NCBI RefSeq assembly: GCF_963921235.1
Contig: NC_086097.1
Span: 144,524,001-144,588,000 of the forward strand
Reading direction: 5' to 3'
DNA: 64,000 bases
DNA from: Mobula hypostoma
Lineage: Eukaryota
The first letter of the stretch is position 1; each line of letters starts with the position of its first letter. Below, one piece after another: positions 11,905 through 24,225 of the stretch. The notes under the pieces were generated by a model that saw only the letters and a program-made list of their open reading frames with translations, was not told the DNA's origin and did no database searches. A program made the position numbers and the translations under genes.

Positions 11905-12611
11905 AAGTGCAAAAATAGGTCCATCTATTAATTGCAAAATGACAGAATGTATGGTGATATCCAAAAAAAGCAGAATCCTATCTGCAGGCTGAGAATAAAT
12001 GGGGAAGATATAAAACAAGTACAGAATTTTTGCTACTTAGGGAGCTGGGTGACATCAGATGGCAGGTGCGACATGGACATCAAAAGAAGAATAGGGATGG
12101 CAAAAGGCACCTTTACGAGAATGAAGAGTATACTGACCAATACGAAACTAGTCATGACAACCCGCCTCACAGTACTGAAATGTTACGTTTATCCAGTTAT
12201 GTTATATGGCTCAGAATGTTGGACAATATCTAGTAACATGAGGAAATGAATTGAAGCAGCAGAGATGTGGTTTTTGAGGAGGATGCCAAGAATATCATGG
12301 ACGAAACGAATATCTAATGAGGATGTCATGAACAGAGCAAACACAAAAAGAGAAATAACGTATGAGATCATGAAAAGGCAATGTAACATCATTGGACATG
12401 TAATTAGGAAAGAGGAGTTTGAATGCACGGTAATTTTGGGAAAGATTGAAGGGAAGAAAGCAAGAGGAAGACAAAGACAAATGATGATGGAGACAGCAGC
12501 CAGAGAACTGGAAATGAATACCAATGAACTGATCCACTTGACCCGAAACAGGAGTGTGTGGGCCATGGTAGTCAAAGCTCAAACTGGGCACGGCACCTGA
12601 TGATGATGATG
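11905..12611 (+). mobile_element. RTE-clade LINE 3' fragment (young family), disrupted
   Basis: Peptides FCYLGSWVTSDG, YVYPVMLYGSECWT, MWFLRRM and GKIEGKKARGRQR. (TGA)n tail. 9-bp TSD ATTTCCAGA at 11896-11904 and 12612-12620. In-frame stop near 12249. Confidence 0.92.
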
Positions 12612-13703
12612 ATTTCCAGAGGGGAATCCTTTCTCAAGTACCTCCTCCACTCAATGCAGCTCTTGTACAGAAACCTTGTGCTACTGGTATACTGTATATT
12701 AAATTGTGAATAAGTAACAGAGCATTGATAAAGCTAGTCAAACATTTGTGCCTGCTCTGTCATTCAATAAGATTATGTTTGTTCTTTTACCTCAGTTTTA
12801 CTTTTCTGATCTAATGCCAAATTGATGATTCCCTTGATATTCCCAAAGCAATTATACAGTTGATGACTTAGTCTCCATACCCTACTGAGTAGTGAATTCA
12901 CCACTGTCTAGGCAAAAAGATTCCCTTTCATCTCAGTCATGAATGTCTGACTTCTTATTTTGAGACTGTAATCCCACTAACCCCTTCCTGAGACATCCCA
13001 GCAACGAGAACCGCCATTCCCAAAACTATGAAAGCATTAAATATTTCAATGAGCACTTTCTTAGTCTTTTCCCTACTACTTACCTTTAAGCCTTCTCTGT
13101 AGCTTAAGTTATCTGAATGACCAGGACACTACTCCTAGCCCAACTCAAGTGAAGCTCATACCTTTTTCCCATGTATAGTGTCAGTGCCCCAAGAATTGAA
13201 ACCCAATTTTCCCACACCAGCTCTCTGATGTTATTGACAATGCTAACTTGCAAGTGGTACAGGTAATGACCTTGTGGTTCTCTTTGTTAATTTCAATCTT
13301 AGATATTCACATTCTTCAGTAGAAACTCCTTGTTTATCCTATTTAGTTCTCTGTTCCCAGATGGTCCATAATAATAGGATTTTTTCCCTTTCCATTCTAT
13401 ATTTCTCTGAGGAGATACTCAAGCACTTGGCATGTCTACAGAGAACAATATCTTTCCCCAGATACATTGTCTCCTGTCATTGCTGTGTTCCTTTTGCTTC
13501 CCCAGCTTGACAGGATCCCTGAAACATGTTACATTGTCTCTTTGCTCATCCTTGCAATAATTTCTCCCATTCTCACAAGCTGCAAGAGCCTCATACCTTT
13601 TGGTTAAGTGTAAGGGCTAAAACTCCTCCAGTGCCACCATCTGAATTTCCATGCCCGCTCCATTCAGTCATACTCACATTTCCTTCTTGACCAAATAGCC
13701 AAT

Positions 13704-13989
13704 TAACTAAAGTCTATCCTGAGACTTGTGGTCCATCAGGCCGGTGCTTATGCCGGTTTCCATGGCGTGAAGTGACTGAGAGTACGAGACATCCCCCCGG
13801 ATAGGGCGCCAGTTTATCATGAGGTTAACTCCCAGCATTTTTTGCCGGTACCCATTCTCAGCTGGATAGACTGGAGCATTGTGTGGTTAAATGCCTTGCT
13901 CAAGGACACAGATGCTGCCCCGGCCGAGGCTCGAACCCACGGCCTTCAGATCGCTAGTCCAAAGCCCTAACCACTTCGCCACGCGCTAC
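13704..13989 (-). mobile_element. Full-length tRNA-derived SINE, young and CpG-rich, not HE1-like
   Basis: 14-bp TSD ACCAAATAGCCAAT at 13690-13703 and 13990-14003. Minus-strand A box TGGCGAAGTGG (13981-13971) and B box GGTTCGAGCC (13937-13928), followed by GTGTCCTTGAGCAAGGCATTTAACC. Confidence 0.9.
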
Positions 13990-14139
13990 ACCAAATAGCC
14001 AATCAGCACTCTTTAATCCAAGAGGTGTAATCTTAATGTTACAGTAATAATGCTGTAAAATTTACAGCCCAAACAGGACCTAAGTTTGCATTGAATGAAG
14101 GAGACTCTTCTGTTAGCAGTGAGGTGCACCATTGTAGCA

Positions 14140-15150
14140 AAGCGGAATGTAATTGGAATAATAGTCTTCAGCGGGGTCACCAAAATAGCATAATGATTGT
14201 TGACAGATCCTGAATTGTCACACAGTGAGGTTCATGAGTACTATACTTCCAGCTGTAATATTGCCATGAAAGTGGGATTAATCTTTAGCACTAATGGAAA
14301 ATTATTCAACCTGTGCCGACTTCACTGCAGAACCAAGGTCACCTCACCCTCAGTAGTCCAAATGCCATGAGCAGTTGATGCAAGAGGCAGAGCTCCAAGA
14401 GTTTGTTGACTTATTCACTGAAACTTGCGAGATGATGGACTTTACACTCAACATCTGCAACGTGCTCCTGCTGGGTAATATGGCACGGCTCATGGTGAAG
14501 TCCTAGAGAATGTAAATCATTTCTTTTATCTCAGTAGCCAACTCCTGGTGAAGAAGAATCTCACCACCACCTTCTATGCCCCTGCCTAGCATCTTGTCAA
14601 TTGAGGACAAAGATGTCTGAAGATTAGGACCTCGTACCTGGCATAAGGCTATGGAACAATGGCTCCTCCCATGTGTTTCAGAGACATGTATCTCCTGCAG
14701 TAGACACTTCTGGGAAATCTGCACAAACAGCATTTCTATACATTCACCAAATTGACAGGAAGGATAAGCAAATCGATGTTAGCCTCCAATCCCAGGAGAA
14801 AATCCTTAGTATTGAAGCACTAAATACATTCAGACAGTTCCACTGGGCAGGCCACATCAGTCACATACTTGATACTAGACTCTGAAACACACACTCTATT
14901 CCATACTTTGTTACTGGAAGACCGAAGAGACTGGAAAACATTCAAAGCTGTGACCAAAACCACATCAGAAAATCCAATATTCGAAATGATTATTGGGAAT
15001 CCCCTTCTCATGAGCACTCAAAGCGGAGAAGGAATATTTGGAAAGGCATTGATAACCTCGAGTCCATCCATAAGCAACAAAAAGAGCATACTGCCTAACA
15101 AACTATCTATAAACACTTGCCATCAGTCACCCCTTGGCCCATCTCACATC
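14140..15150 (+). mobile_element. Old, highly degenerate RTE-clade LINE fragment
   Basis: ACTAATGGAAAATTATTCAACCTGTGCCGACTT (TNGKLFNLCRL) at ~14290 and CACTGGGCAGGCCAC (HWAGH) at ~14840 are typical RTE RT and C-terminal motifs. No long ORF remains. Confidence 0.6.
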
Positions 15151-15379
15151 CGTCAACCACCTCATAACCTACAAAAAAATTTGTATAATTTGTGCTTTTT
15201 TGATGTAATTGTTGTGTCTATGCTTCTATGTACCTGTGATGCTACTGCAAGTAAGGTTTCATTGCACCTGGGCATACCTGTACTTGTGAACATGACAACA
15301 CACTCGACTTAAACTTTGAGGTTAACCTAAGTGACTGCCTGACAAGAAGAATAAGGTCTTTTGTACCATCCTTCATAAA

Positions 15380-15692
15380 ACATAGAACACTTCAGCACAG
15401 TGCAAGCCCACTGCCAACATTTTAATATAGATTAAGACCAATCTAACCCTTCCCTGCAACACAGCCCTCAATTTTTCTACCACACATGTATTTACCTAAG
15501 AGTTTCTTAAATATCGCTAATGCACTGGCCCCTACCACCACCCCTAGCAGAGTGTTCCATATACCCACTACACTCTGTATAAACGATGTGCCTCTGACGT
15601 CACCCCTATATATTTCTCCAGTCACCATAAAATCATGCACCCCTATATTAGCCATTTCCACCCTGGAGAAAAGTCCTAGGCTATCCACCTGA
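15380..15692 (-). mobile_element. CR1 3' fragment
   Basis: Minus ORF 15443-15688 (LGLFS...FIQSVVGIWNTL...FKKLL) matches the CR1 ORF2 C-terminus. Tail AAACATAGAACAC on +. Confidence 0.8.
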
Positions 15693-15949
15693 TCTATTGG
15701 TTAGAATTTGAATTCATTTGACTCGCTTGTGGAGAAGGTGATGGCTCTGGGTTCACAGTTATTTTTAGTGTTGCTGAGAGAGGAAAGGGAAAAAGAAAAA
15801 TCATCAGCTATCTGTGCTCCTGACTGCTCTGTGCAGATGTTGGGTGGAACAGGAATGGGCTCAGCTATAGTATTCCCATACGCTCTTACAGCCTGTTGCC
15901 ACTCACTGGAAGACATGGGTGAGTTACCCTAGATGTCAGCCTTGGAAAA

Positions 15950-16362
15950 GACATGGCAATTTCACAATGAACTCATGAGTCACCAATTCAAACCCACTCC
16001 ACAAAATTCTGCTCACCATCCAGCCTGGCACTTTCATGTGGCATTGAAGGTGTGCTATACTTTCAGAAGTTCTGTATTATTGGTGAAATTGTAAAGATAA
16101 ATACTTACAATTTATCATAAAATCCCAATTTGAAGAGGAGCTAGCGAGTTTTCCAATGGCTAATGTTGAGTCCTCAACTAACATCAACAAAATGAATAGT
16201 CTGTCCATAATCATATTACCATACGTGGAACCTTACTGTGTTCATTTAGACTGCAACGTTACAACAGTGTCCGCATTTCAAAATTAATTCATTGGGTGAA
16301 AATCACATTGCAATATTTTGAAGTTTGTAGAAGTTATTGTATAAATGCAAGATTTTTTTCTT
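15950..16362 (+). mobile_element. Ancient Deu-domain SINE (SacSINE1/AmnSINE-like), degenerate
   Basis: TTCAAACCCACTCCAC head, ATTTGAAGAGGAGC...CCTCAACTAACATCA core, TTACAACAGTG...TTCAAAATTAATTCATTGG, and a TATAAATGCAAGATTTTTT end. Recognised by eye from the DeuSINE layout. Confidence 0.6.
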
Positions 16363-18118
16363 TAATTGCTTGGTAGCACTCTTTAGGGTGTTTACCTTTA
16401 GGCTCTTGTTCTCCATGTGTCTAACAATAAAACTTTTCCTTTCATTGACCTTCTACAACCTCTTTGCTTCTTAATTTTTCACATATGTACTAAGGTATTT
16501 AGAACCTCCACCAGAGTGAGCAGCTGACTTGGATCAGCTTTTCCAGTTTCTTATTTAGTTAGAAACATTCCAACTCAGTCACTAGAAAGGAGAGGGAAAG
16601 AAATAGAAAGTTAAATAGAAGCAAGGTTTGGGGAAGTTTCTGTGATGTCCAAAATGTAACAATACAGAATAAGACTATAAGTGGAAGGAACAAAAGTGAT
16701 GAAATGCAAGGAAGCATGGAGAGGATAGGTGATTAAAGTTAGCAAATGGATGTTGAGTTTGGGCTTGAAAGTTGTTGATGATGGTGGTCAACTGAATATT
16801 CAGTCGTGCTACAGAGGATTATTGAGAAGCTAATGATTTCCTTTACTTCAGTCCAGAAAGGAACAAAGGAAGTGATGGACAAAAAAAAATAGGGCAGCAG
16901 CATAAAATGACCAACTACCTCAATTTTTGTTTGTTTAGCATACATGCTACATTTAATAATTCTGCTTCATCATTTGGTAAAATGGGGTAACAGATCAGGT
17001 AGTGAGGGGGAACTATGACAAAATAATCCACTACTGAGAGTGAATGGAGCTCAAATCCAGGTTTTCCTTTTGATCATACAGAGCTCTTTCATGCCTGGGG
17101 TACAAGAAGGCAGGCTGGGTGTGTCCCCAGATCAGGGAACAGTAGTTTTAATTGTAAAGCTCTACTTTTTTGCATTGTTTCCTCATTTTACTAGTGGCTC
17201 AATCTCATGGTAAAGATAAAATGAGATAGTAAATGGTGGGGACTATCTGTCTGGAGCTAGCGTAAGTGTTGATGAATGGGTTAACATGCTGCAGTTGTCC
17301 TCTACTCACTTAGGCCCTGCAGTACGTCATTCGCTTTGTTAAGTATCACATACGCCCAGAATCTGCGTCCATTCGCTGCACCAATGATGTGCTAAACACG
17401 CAGCAATGTGTGAAGGGGTTATTTTTTTCACTAAAGAGCTCTGAGTTATGAGGTGCTGGATGGCTTTACTGTGTGCTGTGAGGTGCTTTGAGTTTTAGAG
17501 AGGCCAGGGCAGGAGAGCCACAGCAAGACTTATTAATGTTTCCAACAATATGCTTGACAAAATGTCCAGCTGTATTAGACTGAGAGAGCTGAGTGTCAAA
17601 ATGTCATTGGTGATTACTTCTCATACAGGACCAGGGTTAAATCAAGTTCCTTCTTTTGGAAGGGTTTCTGATTTAAGGGATGTGGAAGGAGCAAGGGTCT
17701 CTGTTGTGTTATTGTATACCACACTAACAGACTGAAAGACAATAGAGACACACACACACATACACGCACACACTTGAGGTTTGCGAGATTGGCCATTGAA
17801 GAGCTATTAATTTCTAAGGCCAACCAGATGATTCATACAGCCTTTGTACGGCCTTGTAGTGGTTGTGCTTTACTGTTTCAGTACTGCAGAGGTTATGACT
17901 AACAATCTAGGCAATGTGATTGAAAATAAGTCATTTTGTGATTTTAATTCAATTACTAAAAATACTCAAAAGAAAGAACGGTTATCAATGAAAGTGATCA
18001 TAAAGCCAAAGGGCAATTATAAAATACAACTTGGGAAAAGTTGTTTATTTACCCAGACTGACTTATTGGTGACTCCAGTCTGCTTTTGATATGCTTGAAA
18101 TGTGATGTCCCTCTGAAC

Positions 18119-18798
18119 CATAGAAACTACAGCACAGAAACAGGCCCTTTGGCCCTTCTTGGCTGTGCCGAACCATTTTCTGCCTAGTCCCACTGACCTG
18201 CACATGGATCATATCCCTCCATACACCTCCCATCCATGTATCTGTCCAATTTATTCTTAAATGTTTAAAAAGAATCCGCATTTACCACCTCGTCTGGCAG
18301 CTCATTCCATACTCCCACCACTCTGTGTGAAGAAGCCCCCCCTAATGTTCCCTTTAAACTATTCCCCCCTCACCCTTAACCCATGTCCTCTGTTTTTTTT
18401 TCCTCCCCTTGCCTCAGTGGAAAAAGCCTGCTTGCATTCACTCTATCTATACCCATCATAATTTTATATACCTCTATCAAATCTCCCCTCATTCTTCTAC
18501 GCTCCAGGGAATAAAGTCCTAACCTATTCAACCTTTCTCTGTAACTGAGTTTCTCAAGTCCCGGCAACATCCTTGTAAACCTTCTCTGCACCCTTTCAAC
18601 CTTATTTATATTCTTCCTGTAATTTGGTGACCAAAACTGAACACAATACTCCAGATTCGGCCTCACCAATGCCTTATACAACCTCACCATAACAATCCAG
18701 CTCTTATACTCAATAATTCAATTAATAAAGGCCAATGTACCAAAAGCTCTCTTTACGACCGTATCTACCTGTGACGACACTTTTAGGGAATTTTGTAG
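18119..18798 (-). mobile_element. CR1 3' fragment, young
   Basis: Minus ORF 18376-18690 LYKALVRPNLEYCVQFWSP...RRMRGDLIEVYKIM. 6-bp TSD CTGAAC at 18113-18118 and 18799-18804. Confidence 0.92.
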
Positions 18799-19615
18799 CT
18801 GAACAAGGTACTAATAATCTGTTTAACACAGCTCTATGCAGCAGACAGAAATGATGCAAGAGATGTTCTTGTACTGACCTGTAGCAAAGGAGCTGATTTT
18901 CATGTAAAACATGTTCTTGCAGTGAAGGTGTCAGATAGAATTGAGCAAAGATGGGTAAATGTGGTTGAACTAGAGAGGAGTGGGGATCTAATTGAATCAT
19001 AAGAGACTAGACCACTTTTTGTCCATATGTTGTATAACCTTGCCGAGTCCAAAAAATAACTTTATTACCAACGTGTGATTTGTACAATGCATTCTTTCAT
19101 CTGTGGCAAATAGATCAAAGTGAAAGAAAAAACCCTGCTCTTAAAATTATATCGGATGAGAACAGTAAGAAAACCTGACTATTACTTTGATAGCAGTCAC
19201 CCTTATTCTCAGCAGGCTAAAACACAGAACTCAGAGCAGTACAGCACAGGAAGAGGCACACTGGCCCACCGTGACACCAATCCAAGCTAATCTCACCTGC
19301 CTGCATATGGTCCCATTTCTGCCTATTCATACTTCTGTTTGAAGTGCCTCTTTAATATAGGTGTAGAACAGAGTTCCATGCACCTACCATTCTCAGTGTT
19401 AAAAAAGCACTTACCTCACAAATCTCCTTCAAACTTTCCCCCTGTCACTTTCAATATGTCCTTGAGTATATAAAGAGATATAGAAGGATAGAGAAGTTCA
19501 AATTTCTCCTGATCTCTCTATAAAACTATCAGATAAAATTACCCCACACTTAGCTCTTTTGTGAGCAGGTGAATGCCATTGCAGTCTGTCACAGTCTGTT
19601 GCCGATGTGAATTCA

Positions 19616-20130
19616 TGTCAGAACACTGAAGCAGGGACCCAAATGCAGCCCAAGTACTGTGCGCACTGTGATATTTCTTGAGTAGCAAATCCAGAGAGGC
19701 AACAAAGTCAGTGTTAAAGATCAGAGATCAAAAGTTCCAGAGAAATCCAAAAACCAGAATCAGGGAACAGGCAGAGTCAATATTCAGATAGACAGAGTTT
19801 AGACATAAATGTTGAAAAGGCTCAGGAAAACTCACTGGCACAATCCAGCAACAAACAGGTGAAAACACAGGACTGAAATACACTGAGCAATAAACAGGGA
19901 GGCAGATGACAGGTGGAGCACAATGAGACAGAAGTGGCAGCAATACAGGTAATAATGAGAAACAGGTGAGAGGGAGAGTACTCAGTAATACAGGGGCTGG
20001 AGTAGAGCAGGAGCGGGGACAGGAGCACATGGGGCATGAAAACAAACAAGTGCACATGGCAATACAAAACCACAGAATTATGACTGGGGGAAACACACAA
20101 AAAGACAGAGTTCGACTGGAGGTACTGACA
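19616..20130 (-). mobile_element. Solo LTR (probably Gypsy-type)
   Basis: Perfect inverted termini TGTCAG...CTGACA. 5-bp TSD ATTCA at 19611-19615 and 20131-20135. 515 bp with no coding capacity. Orientation is inferred. Confidence 0.88.
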
Positions 20131-20752
20131 ATTCAAGCCTATGTGCTCATGCACTGCTATGAAATCATATCATCTGTTACGAGCAGCAACATAAAGCAGT
20201 CAGCAGAACTACAGGGAGTCCTTCAACTTGTCAGAAAACATTCAAGACATTCCCTTGTGTTAGATTGGGCAGGATCTGGACCTGAGCTGAGAAAAGAAGG
20301 AACTGTGAGTTAGCAAGAGACATGACATTGTTTCTTGACCTGGAAATATGGATATGCAGGAATAGTGTCTCAAGTGTTCTGCACCCGTGTTATGGTGGTC
20401 AGGAAGGACATGGACACCCCTAACACGAAGTGGACAGTATCTCCTCTCATTTGATAATGCTCATTTCTTCATCTTTTAAGAAAATTATTTGGATTCACCA
20501 ACCCATAGAACAGCCTTCGGCTGTCACCATCAGAATTGTGGTTGGTGGGTTTTTGAGACTGGTACCCAGAAAATGGGCTTTCTCCCTCTTTTGCCATATA
20601 AATGCATGGATTAGATGAAATAATGAAAAACTTCACAGTAACATTTCATTATGGATAGAACCATGCACTGAGAATGCTTCCGTTGCAGTTCCCTTCAGAA
20701 GATGTTTGAAGAATCCTCAACCTACTGATATCTGTGCTCTTCCCCAAGCAGC

Positions 20753-21025
20753 CTTAGGTGGCATAGTGGTGTATCTAGAAAAGCTGCTGCCTTGTAGCTC
20801 TGGAGACCTTGATCCAGTCCTGATCTTTGATGCTGCCTGAGTGTAGTTTGCATATTTTCCAGGAGACCACTGGCTGTTCTCTGAATGTTCTGGTTTCTTG
20901 AAACATCCCAAAATGTTGCCAGGGTAGTGTAGTGGTTAGAGTGATGCTATTACAGCTCATGGCATTGGAGTTTGAAGTTCAATTCTGACGTCATCTCTAA
21001 GGAGTTTGTACGCCCTCTCCATGAT
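20753..21025 (+). mobile_element. HE1-like V-SINE 5' part followed by a second tRNA-SINE head
   Basis: GGCATAGTGG...GCTGCTGCCT...GTGTAGTTTGCATATTTTCC...GGTTTCTTGAAACATCCCAAA, then GTAGTGTAGTGGTTAG...AGTTCAATTC. Confidence 0.6.
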
Positions 21026-21195
21026 TCCATTGCCCTGTTCATCTTCCTCACGAGATTCTAGGATCCATTTTCATCTCCTGTTAGATTCCATCTGCCCTTT
21101 AATCCCTCCACACACCATCTTCATTATTTCCACACTCCTCTCATCTTCCTGCCTATTGCACTCCTCACCTTGATCTACCTATTGCTTCATAGCTA

Positions 21196-24100
21196 TTGCT
21201 CCACCCTTTCTCTACACTGCTTTCTCTACACTGTGGGAATCAAATTAAAGCAGCTAGGTGTGAGGAGGTTAGTTCACAACAGAGGGATGGGAACCAGTGC
21301 AGAGAGACAGAGGGGTGTAAAGTGAGCGTAGAAGCAAAAAGTACAAAGGGGAAAAGTAAAAGTGGCAGGCCAACAAATCCAGGGCAAGCATTAAAAAGGG
21401 CTAAGAGAGTTGTAAAAGAGCGCCTGAAGGCTTTATGTGTCAATGCAAGGAGCATTCGTAATAAGGTGGATGAATTGAAAGTGCAGATTGTTATTAATGA
21501 TTATGATATAGTTGGGATCACAGAGACATGGCTCCAGGGTGACCAGGGATGGGAGCTCAACGTTCAGGGATATTCAATATTCAGGAGGGATAGACACGAA
21601 GGAAGGGGAGGTGGGGTGGCGTTGCTGGTTAAAAAAGAGATTAACGCAATAGAAAGGAAGGACATAAGCCGGGAAGATGTGGAATCGATATGGGTAGAGC
21701 TGCGTAACACTAAGGGGCAGAAGACGCTGGTGGGAGTTGTGTACAGGCCACCTAACAGTAGTAGTGAGGTCGGAGATGGTATTAAACAGGAAATTAGAAA
21801 TGTGTGCAATAAAGGAACAGCAGTTATAATGGGTGACTTCAATCTACATGTAGACTGGGTGAACCAAATTGGTAAAGGTGCTGAGGAAGAGGATTTCTTG
21901 GAATGTATGCGGGATGGTTTTTTGAACCAACATGTCGAGGAACCGACTAGAGAGCAGGCTATTCTGGACTGGGTTTTGAGCAATGAGGAAGGGTTAATTA
22001 GCGATCTTGTCGTGAGAGGCCCCTTGGGTAAGAGTGACCATAATATGGTGGAATTCTTCATTAACATGGAGAGTGACGTAGTTAATTCAGAAACAAAGGT
22101 TCTGAACTTAAAGAGGGGTAACTTTGAAGGTATGAGACATGAATTAGCTAAGATAGACTGGCAAATGACACTTCAAGGATTGACGGTGGATATGCAATGG
22201 CAGGCATTTAAAGGTTGCATGGATGAACTACAACAATTGTTCATCCCAGTTTGGCAAAAGAATAAATCAAGGAAGGTAGTGCACCCGTGGCTGACAAGAG
22301 AAATTAGGGATAGTATCAATTCCAAAGAAGTAGCATACAAATTAGCCAGAGAAAGTGGCTCACCTGAGGACTGGGAGAAATTCAGAGTTCAGCAGAGGAG
22401 GACAAAGGGCTTAATTAGGAAGGGGAAAAAAGATTATGAGAGAAAACTGGCAGAGAACATAAAAACGGACTGTAAAAGCTTTTATAGATATGTAAAAAGG
22501 AAAAGACTGATAAAGACAAATGTAGGTCCCCTGCAAACAGAAACAGGTGAATTGATTATGGGGAGCAAGGACATGGCAGACCAATTGAATTATTACTTTG
22601 GTTCTGTCTTCACTAAGGAGGACATAAATAATCTTCCAGAAATAGTAAGGGACAGAGGGTCCAGTGAGATGGAGGAACTGAGCGAAATATATGTTAGTAG
22701 GGAAGTGGTGTTAGGTAAATTGAAGGGATTGAAGGCAGATAAATCCCCAGGGCCAGATGGTCTGCATCCCAGAGTGCTTAAGGAAGTGGCCCAAGAAATA
22801 ATGGATGCATTAGTGATAATTTTTCAAAACTCGTTAGATTCTGGACTAGTTCCTGAGGATTGGAGGGTGGCTAATGTAACCCCACTTTTTAAAAAAGGAG
22901 GGAGAGAGAAACCGGGGAATTATAGGCCGGTTAGCCTAACGTTGGTGGTGGGGAAACTGCTGGAGTCAGTTATCAAGGATGTGATAACAGCACATTTGGA
23001 AAGCGGTGAAATGATCGGACAAAGTCAGCATGGATTTGTGAAAGGAAAATCATGTCTGACGAATCTCATAGAATTTTTTGAGGATGTAACTAGTAGAGTG
23101 GATAGGGGAGAACCAGTGGATGTGGTATATTTGGATTTTCAAAAGGCTTTTGACAAGGTCCCACATAGGAGATTAGTGTGCAAACTTAAAGCACACGGTA
23201 TTGGGGGTAAGGTATTGGTGTGGGTGGAGAATTGGTTAGCAGACAGGAAGCAAAGAGTGGGAATAAACGGGACCTTTTCAGAATGGCAGGCGGTGACTAG
23301 TGGGGTACCGCAAGGCTCAGTGCTGGGACCCCAGTTGTTTACAATATATATTAATGACTTGGATGAGGGAATTAAATGCAGCATCTCCAAGTTTGCGGAT
23401 GACACGAAGCTGGGTGGCAGTGTTAGCAGTGAGGAGGATGCTAAGAGGATGCAGGGTGACTTGGATAGGTTGGGTGAGTGGGCAAACTCATGGCAGATGC
23501 AATTTAATGTGGATAAATGTGAAGTTATCCACTTTGGTGGCAAAAATAGGAAAACAGATTATTATCTGAATGGTGGCCGATTAGGAAAAGGGGAGGTGCA
23601 ACGAGACCTGGGTGTCATTATACACCAGTCATTGAAAGTGGGCATGCAGGTACAGCAGGCGGTGAAAAGGGCGAACGGTATGCTGGCATTTATAGCGAGA
23701 GGATTCGAGTACAGGAGCAGGGAGGTACTACTGCAGTTGTACAAGGCCTTGGTGAGACCACACCTGGAGTATTGTGTGCAGTTTTGGTCCCCTAATCTGA
23801 GGAAAGACATCTTTGCCATAGAGGGAGTACAAAGAAGGTTCACCAGATTGATTCCTGGGATGGCAGGTCTTTCATATGAAGAAAGACTGGATGAACTGGG
23901 CTTGTACTCGTTGGAATTTAGAAGATTGAGGGGGGATCTGATTGAAACGTATAAGATCCTAAAGGGATTGGACAGGCTAGATGCGGGAAGATTGTTCCCG
24001 ATGTTGGGGAGGTCTAGAACGAGGGGTCACAGTTTGAGGATAGAGGGGAAGCCTTTTAGGACCGAGGTTAGGAAAAACTTCTTCACACAGAGAGTGGTGA

Positions 24101-24225
24101 ATCTGTGGAATTCTCTGCCACAGCAAACTGTTGAGGCCAGTTCATTAGCTATGTTTAAAAGGAAGTTAGATATGGCCCTTGTGGCTACAGGGGTCAGGGG
24201 GTATGGAGGGAAGGCTGGGTTCTGA
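21196..24225 (+). CDS. CR1 ORF2: apurinic-like endonuclease + reverse transcriptase (true start uncertain; the first ~13 codons are flanking DNA)
   Basis: 1009 codons without a stop. APE motifs NARS, GITETWL, GGGVALLV, VYRPP, MGDFN, LDWVL, SDH. RT motifs PGPDG, NYRPVSL, QHGF, YLDFQKAFDKV, GVPQGSVLGP, KFADD. CR1 C-terminus RPHLEYCVQFWSP. Confidence 0.93.
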   Translation: MLHPFSTLLSLHCGNQIKAARCEEVSSQQRDGNQCRETEGCKVSVEAKSTKGKSKSGRPTNPGQALKRAKRVVKERLKALCVNARSIRNKVDELKVQIVINDYDIVGITETWLQGDQGWELNVQGYSIFRRDRHEGRGGGVALLVKKEINAIERKDISREDVESIWVELRNTKGQKTLVGVVYRPPNSSSEVGDGIKQEIRNVCNKGTAVIMGDFNLHVDWVNQIGKGAEEEDFLECMRDGFLNQHVEEPTREQAILDWVLSNEEGLISDLVVRGPLGKSDHNMVEFFINMESDVVNSETKVLNLKRGNFEGMRHELAKIDWQMTLQGLTVDMQWQAFKGCMDELQQLFIPVWQKNKSRKVVHPWLTREIRDSINSKEVAYKLARESGSPEDWEKFRVQQRRTKGLIRKGKKDYERKLAENIKTDCKSFYRYVKRKRLIKTNVGPLQTETGELIMGSKDMADQLNYYFGSVFTKEDINNLPEIVRDRGSSEMEELSEIYVSREVVLGKLKGLKADKSPGPDGLHPRVLKEVAQEIMDALVIIFQNSLDSGLVPEDWRVANVTPLFKKGGREKPGNYRPVSLTLVVGKLLESVIKDVITAHLESGEMIGQSQHGFVKGKSCLTNLIEFFEDVTSRVDRGEPVDVVYLDFQKAFDKVPHRRLVCKLKAHGIGGKVLVWVENWLADRKQRVGINGTFSEWQAVTSGVPQGSVLGPQLFTIYINDLDEGIKCSISKFADDTKLGGSVSSEEDAKRMQGDLDRLGEWANSWQMQFNVDKCEVIHFGGKNRKTDYYLNGGRLGKGEVQRDLGVIIHQSLKVGMQVQQAVKRANGMLAFIARGFEYRSREVLLQLYKALVRPHLEYCVQFWSPNLRKDIFAIEGVQRRFTRLIPGMAGLSYEERLDELGLYSLEFRRLRGDLIETYKILKGLDRLDAGRLFPMLGRSRTRGHSLRIEGKPFRTEVRKNFFTQRVVNLWNSLPQQTVEASSLAMFKRKLDMALVATGVRGYGGKAGF

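Noticed and set aside
13920..13990. tRNA gene on the minus strand
   Set aside because: It continues into a SINE body and is enclosed by a 14-bp TSD, so it is a SINE head.
21196..21233. N-terminus of the 1009-aa ORF as a real start or host fusion
   Set aside because: It is a TTG start in flanking Penelope-derived DNA, upstream of the CR1 TSD.
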